DNA of 60,539 nucleotides from a virus (Duplodnaviria > Caudoviricetes), in IMG/VR virus record IMGVR_UViG_3300044667_000059, positions 1 through 60,539 of that record; one strand, given 5' to 3'. Below the pieces are notes generated by a model. It saw only the letters and a list, made by a program, of their open reading frames with translations. It searched no databases and was not told where the DNA came from. A program made the translations under genes and the position numbers. Of the stretch, positions 1 to 8,402 are shown one piece after another; position 1 is the stretch's first letter; each line of letters begins with the position of its first letter.

Positions 1-127
1 GCACGGAGATGCCGGGCGCGACTTCCTCCCAGTCCTCACTGCCGGACTCCCGGAAGGTGATGTGGATTTCCGGGATGATGTGGGACTCAGTGATCTTCGG
101 GTGTGGCACGTACTCGGCTTCGAGCCG
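1..127. repeat. Terminal direct repeat (127 bp), identical to 60413-60539; assembly overlap of a circular genome
   Basis: Exact identity of both ends; an ORF continues in frame across the junction. Confidence 0.95.
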
Positions 128-367
128 CGCGGCTTCCTCGGCCCACCGGAACCGAGACTCCCGCAACTCCGCGCGCTCTATGTCGGCTGGCGGCCGGGCG
201 TCGGAGATGAACTCGCGCGGAATGTCGAACCCAGCGGCGTCCAGCGCGGTGTAGACGGACCGCCACACGCGGGCGTTGGACGCGGCGTCGGCTGGGAGCG
301 CGCGGATGACGGCGTAGACGGCTGCCCACACGTCGTCCGGGACGGACGGCTTGGACGGCGTGCTCAC
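1..367 (-). CDS. 5' part of a hypothetical protein (154 aa) spanning the circular junction; continues 60412 to 60315
   Basis: GTG at 367 overlaps the HIT stop (GTGA); MSTPSKPSVPDDVW...EAEYVPHPKITESH reads open into the 60315 ORF. Confidence 0.75.
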   Translation of the reverse strand, partial: MSTPSKPSVPDDVWAAVYAVIRALPADAASNARVWRSVYTALDAAGFDIPREFISDARPPADIERAELRESRFRWAEEAARLEAEYVPHPKITESHIIPEIHITFRESGSEDWEEVAPGISV

Positions 368-744
368 TGTCCCCGCTCCTCGGCCACACGAGCAGCGGCG
401 GTCTGCTGCGGTGTCCACGGCAGCGGTAGACCGTCACCGGCCACGCGGGGCACGACGTGGACGTGGAGGTGGAACACGGTCTGTGTCGCGGCCGATCCCT
501 TGCTGGTGATGATGTTCGCGTCCGGATGCTCGGCCATCAGGTCAGCAGCGGCGGCCATGGTCGCGGCGGTCACGTTCCGGTCGACACCAGCGTTGGCGAC
601 GTGGGTGCGGGGCAGGACGAGGACGTGGCCGTCGTTGACGCCGCCGCGGGGCCGGATCGCGATCGCGTCGGGCCATTCGCGGACGATGGTGGCGGGTGCG
701 GTGCCGGCGACGATGGCGCAGAACACGCAGTCGGTGGCGTTCAT
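364..744 (-). CDS. HIT (histidine triad) family nucleotide hydrolase
   Basis: N-terminal DCVFCAI zinc motif, GHVLVLP, QTVFHLHVHVVPR triad; ATGA overlap with upstream gene. Confidence 0.92.
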   Translation of the reverse strand: MNATDCVFCAIVAGTAPATIVREWPDAIAIRPRGGVNDGHVLVLPRTHVANAGVDRNVTAATMAAAADLMAEHPDANIITSKGSAATQTVFHLHVHVVPRVAGDGLPLPWTPQQTAAARVAEERGQ

Positions 745-989
745 CGCGCACCACCGGTGCGCCTGCCGCCCATGACGACCACCGCGCACACCACGGCCAC
801 AACCACGGCGGCGATCGTGTAGTCGACCAGTCCGGGTGTGGCCACGGTGACGACCGGGGCCGGGAGGTGGGGGTGAAGGTGGGTCAGGGTGGCGAGCAGG
901 CCCAGGAGGGTGGCCAGGGCGAGGGCTGTGACGGCGTGGATGATGGCGACACGGCGCCGGTCGTAGGCCGGCTGATCGGCGGGCGGCAT
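741..989 (-). CDS. Small membrane protein (two hydrophobic segments)
   Basis: 82 aa ORF, RBS-like GGAGAG upstream, coupled to the HIT gene. Confidence 0.7.
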   Translation of the reverse strand: MPPADQPAYDRRRVAIIHAVTALALATLLGLLATLTHLHPHLPAPVVTVATPGLVDYTIAAVVVAVVCAVVVMGGRRTGGAR

Positions 990-1255
990 GGCGGTCGACT
1001 TTCTCTCCTAAGTGGACGCCCAACGTGATCAACAAGTGGCCGCTAACTCGCCTGATAACTCGGCCCACATCGCTCTGACCTGGGCAGCATTAACGCAGGA
1101 ACGCACATCGCGCTAACCGACGGCACTCCGAAGATGCCCGGCGAACCCATGCGCGTCCAACCCAGCCGAGCACGCCGTGCTAGCAGCGGAAACACTCACT
1201 GATGTAGTTGGCTGGTCGCTAGCTTATCGCTAACTCGCCCGATAAGCTAGCCATC
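990..1255. other. Candidate attP / integrase regulatory region
   Basis: Non-coding gap beside int; 18-bp near-direct repeat CGCTAACTCGCCYGATAA (1041-1058, 1228-1245); 12-bp inverted repeat GCTAGCTTATCG/CGATAAGCTAGC (1218-1251). Confidence 0.5.
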
Positions 1256-2155
1256 ATGTCTCAGCCGCTCGATGAGCTGCGCGGCAGCTTCCACCGACAC
1301 CTGCGGGCCGAAGGCCGCGCGGATCGCACCATCAAGATCTACGACCAGGCGGTCCGGTTCTTCGCCGACTGGCTCGTTGCGCAGGGCCGCGCACCGGTCA
1401 AGGACGAGTTGACCCGCGACGCGATCGTCGAGTGGCTGGCTAGCCTGGCTGAACGCGGCCAGGAGCCGGGCACCCGGCAGATGCGCCACCGCGGCCTGTA
1501 CCGGTTCTGCGGCTGGCTGGTCGACGAAGAGGAGCTACCCAAGCACCCGATGGCCGGCCTGCGCCAGCCCGAGCCCCGGGAGCGGCCGGTGGACGTGGTC
1601 ACCGACGCCGAACTGGCGGCGCTGCTCAAGGCGTGCACCGGGAAGCGGTTCTACGACCGGCGCGACGAGGTGGTGATCCGGCTGCTCAACGACACCGGCT
1701 GCCGGGTATCCGAGATCTGCGGCCTGGATCTGGAGGTTGTGGATCTGGAACAGATGCTCGCGCCGGTGACGGGGAAGGGAGGCAAGGTCCGGATCGTGTA
1801 TTGGGGTGCGCGGACGGCGCGGGCGTTGGACCGGTACCTGCGGATGCGGGCGAAGCACCGGCACGCGACGCACCCGCGGCTGCTGCTGGGCGAGCGCGGA
1901 CCGCTGACGCCGGACGGGGTGCGGGAGTTGGTGCGGGTGCGCGCGGAGGCGGCCGGGATCGGGCACAAGCATCCACATCAGCTGCGGCACACGTGGGCGG
2001 CGGATCTGAAGGCGCAGGGGATGAGCGAGGATTACCTGGAGCGGCTGGGTGGGTGGGCGAAGGGCTCGGTGATGACGCGGCGGTATGGAGAGGCTGCGGC
2101 GGATCGGAACGCGGCGTTGATGGTGCGTCGGTTGAATCGTGGCGATCGGGTCTGA
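1256..2155 (+). CDS. int: Tyrosine recombinase / phage integrase
   Basis: TGCRVSE (R), GKGGK (K), HPHQLRH (HxxR), RRYG (Y); SAM-like N-terminal region. Confidence 0.93.
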   Translation: MSQPLDELRGSFHRHLRAEGRADRTIKIYDQAVRFFADWLVAQGRAPVKDELTRDAIVEWLASLAERGQEPGTRQMRHRGLYRFCGWLVDEEELPKHPMAGLRQPEPRERPVDVVTDAELAALLKACTGKRFYDRRDEVVIRLLNDTGCRVSEICGLDLEVVDLEQMLAPVTGKGGKVRIVYWGARTARALDRYLRMRAKHRHATHPRLLLGERGPLTPDGVRELVRVRAEAAGIGHKHPHQLRHTWAADLKAQGMSEDYLERLGGWAKGSVMTRRYGEAAADRNAALMVRRLNRGDRV

Positions 2156-2231
2156 GGTCGCGCGCCCCCGCCGGTGGGGAGTGTCTGGGGGAACCTCGCC
2201 GGCGGGTGCCTTACGCGGACTGCGGTCTCAA

Positions 2232-2471
2232 TTAGGACCGAATGTTGCGGACAATCGTCTCGGCGTCAATATCCTTTCTTGATCCTCTGTTTACGCTGCT
2301 TTTGCAGCCTGCACCCCATGTGATCCATGCGGCGAACATGGCGCCCGTAACGCCGCTGATGATCACATCGCTGCTGAGCGAACCTGATTCGACCACAACG
2401 GTCATCAGCACAGCAAAAGCAATCGTGAGTCCAATCGCGACGCCCAGCAACAAGGGATGACGCAGGTACAT
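2232..2471 (-). CDS. Small two-TM membrane protein in the immunity region
   Basis: GGAGG RBS before ATG 2471; two hydrophobic helices; downstream of and co-oriented with the repressor. Confidence 0.6.
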   Translation of the reverse strand: MYLRHPLLLGVAIGLTIAFAVLMTVVVESGSLSSDVIISGVTGAMFAAWITWGAGCKSSVNRGSRKDIDAETIVRNIRS

Positions 2472-2600
2472 CGGTGTACCTCCCGGGGACACTTTGCAGT
2501 GGACAAGGAACCTTTCCGGAAGGCATTTCGATTGGCGTAACCCAGATGCTACTGCCGCCCTGAAAAGTCACCCAGATGGAGGAGTTCAGTTACAGAGCGC

Positions 2601-3014
2601 TCACCCGGCAGAGCGTTGTTCTCGCTCGATCGCGTCATTGATCGCATCGACATCGCGGCGTAGCCGTTCCAGGGCCTTGTCGCGGCCGACCTTGTCATGT
2701 CCATATTTTGGCAAGTATTCGTGCCGGTACTTGTCAAGTGCAATCTGCTGAAGATCGGTGAATGGTGCTGGCGGTTCGGAACGCCACGACTCCACAAGTT
2801 GATCTATATGTCCGCGGGGCCATTGCAGGGCGTTCTCCAGCCCGGTCTTGGCCAACTCGGTCAGGCTGATGTGTCCTCTGCGGATCTTGTGAAGGTTGCC
2901 CGGGGTCATCTCCGCTCGCTCGGCAACTTGGTTCCAGCGGAGACGTAGCTCAAGCCGGCGCTCGTTCATAGCGCTGTCGAGCCGGGTAGCGATCTCGTCA
3001 CTGTCGGTATCCAT
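2601..3014 (-). CDS. Immunity repressor (XRE-type HTH)
   Basis: RRLELRLRWNQVAERAEMTPGNLHKIRRG HTH; divergent from Cro-like gene; GGAGG RBS. Confidence 0.8.
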   Translation of the reverse strand: MDTDSDEIATRLDSAMNERRLELRLRWNQVAERAEMTPGNLHKIRRGHISLTELAKTGLENALQWPRGHIDQLVESWRSEPPAPFTDLQQIALDKYRHEYLPKYGHDKVGRDKALERLRRDVDAINDAIEREQRSAG

Positions 3015-3032
3015 GTCACCTCCCTCCGTGGC

Positions 3033-3146
3033 ATTACATCTCATTACAACACATGAGACCTCACCCGCGTGAGGGATGGAACCCGGTTGGCCGCGATTCA
3101 CACTTGCCATGACATCTCATGAGATGTAATTTCATCTCATGAGAGC
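3033..3146. promoter_or_regulatory. Repressor/Cro operator sites
   Basis: Perfect palindrome ACATCTCATGAGATGT (3112-3127), second copy CATCTCATGAGA (3133-3144) over the cro ATG, half-site ATTACATCTCAT (3033-3044). Confidence 0.8.
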
Positions 3147-3417
3147 AGCGCAGACCTTCAGCCCCGCAGCGTTGCGACTGGCCCGCCTGCGGAAGGGGCT
3201 GACTCAACTGGAAGTCGCCGAACGGTGTGCTCGTCACGGAGTTCCGGCATCGCAATCCCTGATGAGCCACTGGGAGACCGGTCGCACAGCACCGTCGCCC
3301 GGCTACCTGCCAGCCCTCGCCAAGTCGCTCGGCTGCAAGGTCGACGACTTCTTCGCCGAGCCTGCTTCGCACGGTGACGCTGAGGATCAGCCGACCAGCG
3401 GCAAGGCGGTGGCGTGA
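3139..3417 (+). CDS. Cro-like XRE HTH regulator
   Basis: LRLARLRKGLTQLEVAER...SQSLMSHWETGRTAP...LAKSLGC. Confidence 0.88.
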   Translation: MRAAQTFSPAALRLARLRKGLTQLEVAERCARHGVPASQSLMSHWETGRTAPSPGYLPALAKSLGCKVDDFFAEPASHGDAEDQPTSGKAVA

Positions 3418-3418
3418 G

Positions 3419-3685
3419 ATGTCCCCCGAACAGCGGTCCCTGCGCGCCTCAGCAGCCGCGCACGCCAGTTGGGCACGTACGGCGAACCGCTCCGCCCGCG
3501 TACTGCCTGCGAATCGAGGCCTCGAAGCCCGGATCGCGAAGGAGTACGGCATCCCAGCCGACCTCCCGGCCGCCGAGTACGCGGTGCGGATCGAGTCGGC
3601 CCGCCGTGCCTACTTCCGCAGCCTCGCAGCGAAGTCAGCGAAGACCCGCGCCCGCCGCAAGCAGCAGGGGAGTGACGCGGCATGA
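3419..3685 (+). CDS. Hypothetical basic protein (possible excise/DNA-binding)
   Basis: MSPEQRSLRASAAAHASWA...; first gene after cro. Confidence 0.65.
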   Translation: MSPEQRSLRASAAAHASWARTANRSARVLPANRGLEARIAKEYGIPADLPAAEYAVRIESARRAYFRSLAAKSAKTRARRKQQGSDAA

Positions 3686-3777
3686 CGAGCCCCGACGACA
3701 TCCGCCGCTCGTACGACGACCTGCTGGACGAGATGGACCGCATCGTCGGCGACCAGCAGAAACAGCCAGAGAAGTAG
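3682..3777 (+). CDS. Small acidic hypothetical protein (31 aa)
   Basis: ATGA overlap, GGGAG RBS. Confidence 0.5.
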   Translation: MTSPDDIRRSYDDLLDEMDRIVGDQQKQPEK

Positions 3778-3879
3778 GCCGGCCCGGCCGCTGAGAACGA
3801 CCGGGCCGCCGAAGGGGCTGGCAGCCACCACGCCGCCGGCCACGCCCAGATTACCGAACCGAAGGAGCTGACCCACCAC

Positions 3880-4269
3880 ATGACCACCACCGAACCCCAG
3901 ATCCGCTCCGTCAACGCTGGCCTCGCCGACAGCCTCGAAGCGCTGGCCGACCACCTGCGGGACTTCCCGAACTTCCCGAACGTCATGACGGTCCGCCTGT
4001 CTACGAACGACACGCTCTCCGTGCTGCTGGAGGGCGACCGTGGCGACGGCGACCGCTCGTACCTGCTCGACGCCGCCGCGACCTTGGTGGACACGTCCTG
4101 GTCGGCGGAACTGAACGAGACGAACGGCATCTGGCATGTCGCCGTCGAGGGCTACATGGGCGACGTGCCGCTGCGGGTCAAGGGTCAACTGGACCGGGAC
4201 GCCGCGACGTCGGCCGCCGAACTGTGCAACTGGTTCGCCGCGCAGAACGACGAGGCGGTGGACGCGTGA
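3880..4269 (+). CDS. Hypothetical protein
   Basis: AAGGAG RBS, high-GC3 codon use. Confidence 0.75.
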   Translation: MTTTEPQIRSVNAGLADSLEALADHLRDFPNFPNVMTVRLSTNDTLSVLLEGDRGDGDRSYLLDAAATLVDTSWSAELNETNGIWHVAVEGYMGDVPLRVKGQLDRDAATSAAELCNWFAAQNDEAVDA

Positions 4270-4538
4270 TGACTACCGCAACCCCCGAGCCCCGCGTCTA
4301 CCACCAGGGCGACCCCGAACCTCCGGTCGGCACCACCGTGCTGCGCGCCGACGGCATCCCCGTCACCCGGTGGCAGCTGGGCTGGATGCCCGGCCCCTAC
4401 AACTGGGTCGGGATCACCTCACTCGGCGACGCCACCGAAGTGAAGCCGCCGCGCCAACCGGCCGGCGTCACCATCGAGCTGGTCGAGGGCGCCGCGAAGC
4501 GCGACCGCGTACACCTCGGCGCCAAGGCGGGTGAGTGA
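4269..4538 (+). CDS. Hypothetical protein
   Basis: Translationally coupled (TGATG). Confidence 0.65.
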   Translation: MTTATPEPRVYHQGDPEPPVGTTVLRADGIPVTRWQLGWMPGPYNWVGITSLGDATEVKPPRQPAGVTIELVEGAAKRDRVHLGAKAGE

Positions 4539-4974
4539 CGTGGCCCTGCACGCCACGGCGATCTTCCGGCTGCACGCCCGGAAACCTGAGACCACCTCAC
4601 ATCAGCGGCACTGGTGGAAGCTGCACCGCCGCTCCGTGCGGTCCATCCTCGCGCGGATCCGCCGCGAAGGCGGAGCGGTCCGGCCGCCGTACGGCGTGGA
4701 TCCGCAGTGGGTGCAGACCTTGCGCGAGCTCAACGCGGAAGTGGCCGCCGCCGGGTGGGACCGGGCGATGCTCGTGGCCACCAACGAGATCCCCGCCGTC
4801 GAGGAGGACGTCCGGGAGACGGGTTTCACCGCCCGGCGCGGGGATCTGCCGCTGCCGGTCGAGGAGTTCGACTGGACACTAGCCGAACTGCGGGCCGCGC
4901 CCTACCTGCCAGCCGACTACGCGACCACGGTCGCCCTGGAAGCCGGCGCACGACGGGCAGGCGGTGTCGCATGA
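4531..4974 (+). CDS. Hypothetical protein
   Basis: Overlapping start/stop within operon. Confidence 0.65.
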   Translation: MSDVALHATAIFRLHARKPETTSHQRHWWKLHRRSVRSILARIRREGGAVRPPYGVDPQWVQTLRELNAEVAAAGWDRAMLVATNEIPAVEEDVRETGFTARRGDLPLPVEEFDWTLAELRAAPYLPADYATTVALEAGARRAGGVA

Positions 4975-5324
4975 GCAAGATCGAGGTCACTCTCCAGTTC
5001 ACGCGGCACGTGACGTTCCACATCGACGACACCGACGACCCGGCATACGCGGTGACTCGCGCCGAGGGCGCCCTCATGTACGACGGCCGCACGCCGGACG
5101 ACGAGGACATGCCCGACCTCGAACTGGAACAGATCAAGATCGGTGACCGGGAAGTCCACATCGACTCGCAGATTGACTGGAGCGGCCCGAAAGACGCCCG
5201 GGGCCTACATGGTTGGAAGTACTACGCGTACGAGGGATACAGGCGCCAGAAGATCGCAGAGGGACGTGACCGCGCCGATGTGATCCGCCGGGCATTCGCC
5301 GTCGAGGCGGGTGATCCGTCGTGA
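4971..5324 (+). CDS. Hypothetical protein
   Basis: ATGA overlap; MSKIEVTLQF... Confidence 0.7.
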   Translation: MSKIEVTLQFTRHVTFHIDDTDDPAYAVTRAEGALMYDGRTPDDEDMPDLELEQIKIGDREVHIDSQIDWSGPKDARGLHGWKYYAYEGYRRQKIAEGRDRADVIRRAFAVEAGDPS

Positions 5325-5506
5325 TCCGTGACCTGGTTCTCGTCGCCCGGATCATCGTCCTGGGCACCCGAGACACCGTGGCCGACCTGGTTGGGCGGGC
5401 CGCGCTGTTCGGGATCGCCGTCAGCGCGTTCGTGGCTGCGGTGGCTGCTGCTCGTCTCGGTGGGTGGGTGGTCGGCGTGTACCGGCCAGCAGGGAGGGCC
5501 GCCTGA
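5321..5506 (+). CDS. Small membrane protein
   Basis: GTGA overlap; hydrophobic segment. Confidence 0.55.
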   Translation: MIRDLVLVARIIVLGTRDTVADLVGRAALFGIAVSAFVAAVAAARLGGWVVGVYRPAGRAA

Positions 5507-5631
5507 TGGGCAAGGTCACCCGCCGCGATATCGAGAAGGCCGACAAAGAGGCCAACGAGGAACCCGACCGGTACTGCCCGACCTGCCGCTGCTGGTACCC
5601 GGCCTCGTCCACCGCACACGAGGGGCACTGA
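5506..5631 (+). CDS. Small Cys/His protein (41 aa)
   Basis: MGKVTRRDIEK...CPTC...H; TGATG coupling. Confidence 0.55.
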   Translation: MGKVTRRDIEKADKEANEEPDRYCPTCRCWYPASSTAHEGH

Positions 5632-5632
5632 C

Positions 5633-5821
5633 ATGGACAGTCGAGTCGTGCCGCTCTACGGCACCCCGTGCCCCGACTGTGGCCTGCCGGCCCGCCAGGT
5701 AGTGATCTTCGCCGACAACCTCAAGGTCGTCCACCACGCCCGACCCGACCACCTGCCGGCCGGTGTGCTCCCGCCGACGCCCTGCCGCATCGGGCCGATC
5801 ACGCAGGCGGTGACCCAGTGA
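5633..5821 (+). CDS. Small zinc-ribbon protein
   Basis: CPDC...HH...C. Confidence 0.55.
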   Translation: MDSRVVPLYGTPCPDCGLPARQVVIFADNLKVVHHARPDHLPAGVLPPTPCRIGPITQAVTQ

Positions 5822-5922
5822 GCCACCTCTACGCCGCTGCCTCGCTCGTCCTGCTCGTCGCCGCGCTCTACGCGTTCCGCGTGGCATGGCGCAACTACCG
5901 CCAAGACCGGGGGACATCATGA
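5818..5922 (+). CDS. Small single-TM protein
   Basis: Start/stop overlaps on both sides. Confidence 0.5.
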   Translation: MSHLYAAASLVLLVAALYAFRVAWRNYRQDRGTS

Positions 5923-6695
5923 CCACCCGCAAGGGAATCCACTTCAACGAGAAAACCCACCGCTACTCGATCGACGGTAAGTACGCCGTCTCGGTCACCA
6001 CCGCCCTGAACGGCATCCCGAAAGGCGCTCTCGTGCCGTGGGCAGCCGGCAGTGTCGCGGAGTACGTCGTGGATCACCTGGAGGACGTGCGCCGCCTCGT
6101 CGGATCTGGCGGCCGTGGCCCGGCCATCCAGTTCCTCAAGGGAATCCCCGACCAGAAACGGGACTCCGCCGCCATCCGGGGCACTACGGTGCACGACTAT
6201 GCGGAGCTGATCCTGCCCGGCGGTGAGGTCGAGGTCCCCGAAGACCTCGTCCCGTATGTGCAGGGCTACCTGCACTACATCGAGGACTGGAACCCGCGCA
6301 GCGTCTACAACGAGATCATCGTCGGGTCGCGCACCCACAACTACGCCGGCCGGCTGGACTCCGTCCAGGACGTGCCCGGTCTCGGTCTCGTGATCGTCGA
6401 CTACAAGGCCGGTAACCGCGTCTACGGCGAAGCCGCCTTGCAGGTGTCCGCCTACCGCCACGCCGAGACGTTCATGGACGGCGACGTCGAGAAGCCGATG
6501 CCCGAGGTGTTCGGCACGTACGTGCTGCACATCCAGCCGAACGAGTACGAGCTGATTCCGCTGGACACTGGGCCGGAGGTGTTCGCGAAGTTCCTTGCGG
6601 CCAAGGCGAACTATCTGGAGAACGTGCAGTCCAACAAGCTCGCGAAACTCCTCGGTGAGCCGCTGACGCCTCCCGGACGGGAGGTGGACTGGTGA
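5919..6695 (+). CDS. PD-(D/E)XK exonuclease (RecE/Cas4-like recombination nuclease)
   Basis: HRY...SVTT, RGTTVH, YAGRLD, IVDYK, LQVSAY motifs; adjacent to ERF. Confidence 0.85.
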   Translation: MTTRKGIHFNEKTHRYSIDGKYAVSVTTALNGIPKGALVPWAAGSVAEYVVDHLEDVRRLVGSGGRGPAIQFLKGIPDQKRDSAAIRGTTVHDYAELILPGGEVEVPEDLVPYVQGYLHYIEDWNPRSVYNEIIVGSRTHNYAGRLDSVQDVPGLGLVIVDYKAGNRVYGEAALQVSAYRHAETFMDGDVEKPMPEVFGTYVLHIQPNEYELIPLDTGPEVFAKFLAAKANYLENVQSNKLAKLLGEPLTPPGREVDW

Positions 6696-7333
6696 CTACC
6701 GTCCACGAGGCGCTGTTGAAGGTCCGCCAGCAGGTCGGCGCGATCGGCAAGGGCAGCCGCAACCAGCACTTCAACTTCTCCTTCCGGGGCATCGAGGAAG
6801 TCCTCAACGCCGTCGGGCCGGCGCTCCTGGAAGCGGGCGTGCACTGCTATCCGGAACTGCGGTCGCTGGATTCCCGTGATGTCACCACTGGAGGCGGCAA
6901 GAAGGCCCGCGAGGTCACGGTCACCGTGGCCTACCACTACGTCGGTCCCGAGGGTGACGAGTTCGTGGCCGTGGTGCCGGGCGAGTCCGCCGACGCCGGC
7001 TCGTCCGCCGTGTCGAAAGCGATGTCCGTCGCGCTGCGCATCGCGCATCTTCAGGCGTTGCAGATCCCCACGGCGATGACCGATCCCGAGGCTGGCTCGC
7101 TGGAACGGGCCGACGATCCGCTGCGGAAGGTGAAAGCGGACATCTGGGAGGAGGCCGAGAAGAAGGGCTGGATCATCGGCGATGGTGAGTACACGCCGCT
7201 GGCCGACGACTTCGCCGAATGGTCCCAGGGCGAGAACATCCGCGACGCAGACGTGGACACCTTGCAGAAGTACCTGGTGCACCTTCGGCCCAACCGGAAG
7301 ATGAGCCGCCAGCGTCCGGCAGGTGCGTCGTGA
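6692..7333 (+). CDS. erf: ERF-family single-strand annealing protein
   Basis: IGKGSRNQHFNFSFRGIEEV, GESAD...KAMSVALR signature. Confidence 0.85.
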   Translation: MTTVHEALLKVRQQVGAIGKGSRNQHFNFSFRGIEEVLNAVGPALLEAGVHCYPELRSLDSRDVTTGGGKKAREVTVTVAYHYVGPEGDEFVAVVPGESADAGSSAVSKAMSVALRIAHLQALQIPTAMTDPEAGSLERADDPLRKVKADIWEEAEKKGWIIGDGEYTPLADDFAEWSQGENIRDADVDTLQKYLVHLRPNRKMSRQRPAGAS

Positions 7334-7800
7334 GGAAGTCGCCGCTACGCCGGTACACGCCCCTCAAGGCCAAGCGCGGCTTGGCCACCAGGACCGGGTT
7401 GGAGCGGGGCGCGCGCCTGTCCCGCTCCTCCCGCCTCACTTACCGGCCCAAGAAGATGTCCGATGCCGAGCTGGAAGCCCGGATGCTCGTCACCATCCGC
7501 TCCCGCGGCCGCTGTGAGCTGGACCTGCCGACCGTGTGTACCAAGCGGGCTACGGACTGGTCGCACCGGATCGCGCGTGGCCGGGGCGGGAAGTGGACGG
7601 CGTCTGATGGACTCGCGGCCTGCCGTCCGTGCCACGAGACGATCACCAACACCCGTGGCCAGCGTGCCCGGTTCGAGCGGTGGGGGTTCATCGTCCGCAC
7701 TGGTGCGAACACTGAGGAAGTCCCCGTGCTGCTCGGGTGCTGCCGCTGGGTCCTGCTGGACAACCAAGGAGGACTGACCGATGTGGAGGTGCCGACGTGA
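7330..7800 (+). CDS. HNH endonuclease
   Basis: RSRGRCE...C...SHRIARGRGG...CRPCH. Confidence 0.75.
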   Translation: MRKSPLRRYTPLKAKRGLATRTGLERGARLSRSSRLTYRPKKMSDAELEARMLVTIRSRGRCELDLPTVCTKRATDWSHRIARGRGGKWTASDGLAACRPCHETITNTRGQRARFERWGFIVRTGANTEEVPVLLGCCRWVLLDNQGGLTDVEVPT

Positions 7801-7949
7801 ACCGGGTCCTGCTGTGGATCTACCGGCACTTCCTGTGGCGGATCGTGTGGGAGCTACGCGGTGAGGGGAAGCGGCTGCCGCTGCGGCTGCACCCGGTCGA
7901 GGTGCTGCACATCGAGCGCTACGCCAACGGCGAGGAGGTCGAGCGGTGA
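7797..7949 (+). CDS. Hypothetical protein
   Basis: GGAGG RBS, GTGA overlap. Confidence 0.55.
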   Translation: MNRVLLWIYRHFLWRIVWELRGEGKRLPLRLHPVEVLHIERYANGEEVER

Positions 7950-8143
7950 CCCGGCTCGCCTTGGCCACGGCGACCATCCTCGCCACCAACCACACGACCG
8001 CCGCCGTCCTGGGTGCCGGGATCGCGCTCATGGTCACCGGACTGGGCCGCATGGTCCTGGCCATCGCGAAGTGCCCGGATGGTTGCTACTGCGTGAAGGA
8101 CCGGTGGGTCTGGAGATGCACCGTCTGCGGACATCTGTGCTGA
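7946..8143 (+). CDS. Small TM plus zinc-ribbon protein
   Basis: Hydrophobic N-half; CPDGCYC...CTVC. Confidence 0.55.
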   Translation: MTRLALATATILATNHTTAAVLGAGIALMVTGLGRMVLAIAKCPDGCYCVKDRWVWRCTVCGHLC

Positions 8144-8153
8144 GGAGCTGACC

Positions 8154-8402
8154 ATGGCCTACCTGCGCGGTGATGAGTTGATTGAGGCGCTACTGCCGAC
8201 CGCGGCGGATCTCGTCGTCGCTGTGCACGACCGGGACGCTCCGGCCGTGGAAGCAGCGTTCGCGGTCGCCGAGCGGCTGGCCGGCGATGCGCTCGCTGCC
8301 GCACGTCATCTCGCCGTGGTCCTGGGCGGCATGGCATCGCTCGACTTGTCCATCGCCGACCAGCTCGGCTGGACCTGCACGAAGGGAGCCCCAGCGGCGT
8401 GA
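8154..8402 (+). CDS. Hypothetical protein
   Basis: GAGGAG RBS. Confidence 0.65.
   Translation: MAYLRGDELIEALLPTAADLVVAVHDRDAPAVEAAFAVAERLAGDALAAARHLAVVLGGMASLDLSIADQLGWTCTKGAPAA

Noticed and set aside
1235-1264. dif-like site (CCGATAAGC...CATGTC) suggesting Xer-mediated integration
   Set aside because: Compared from memory only; spacing is 8 rather than 6 bp and the XerD-side match is poor; better explained as -10 plus int start
5919-6695. Cas4-like nuclease as part of a CRISPR system
   Set aside because: No array or other cas genes; paired with ERF as a phage recombination module
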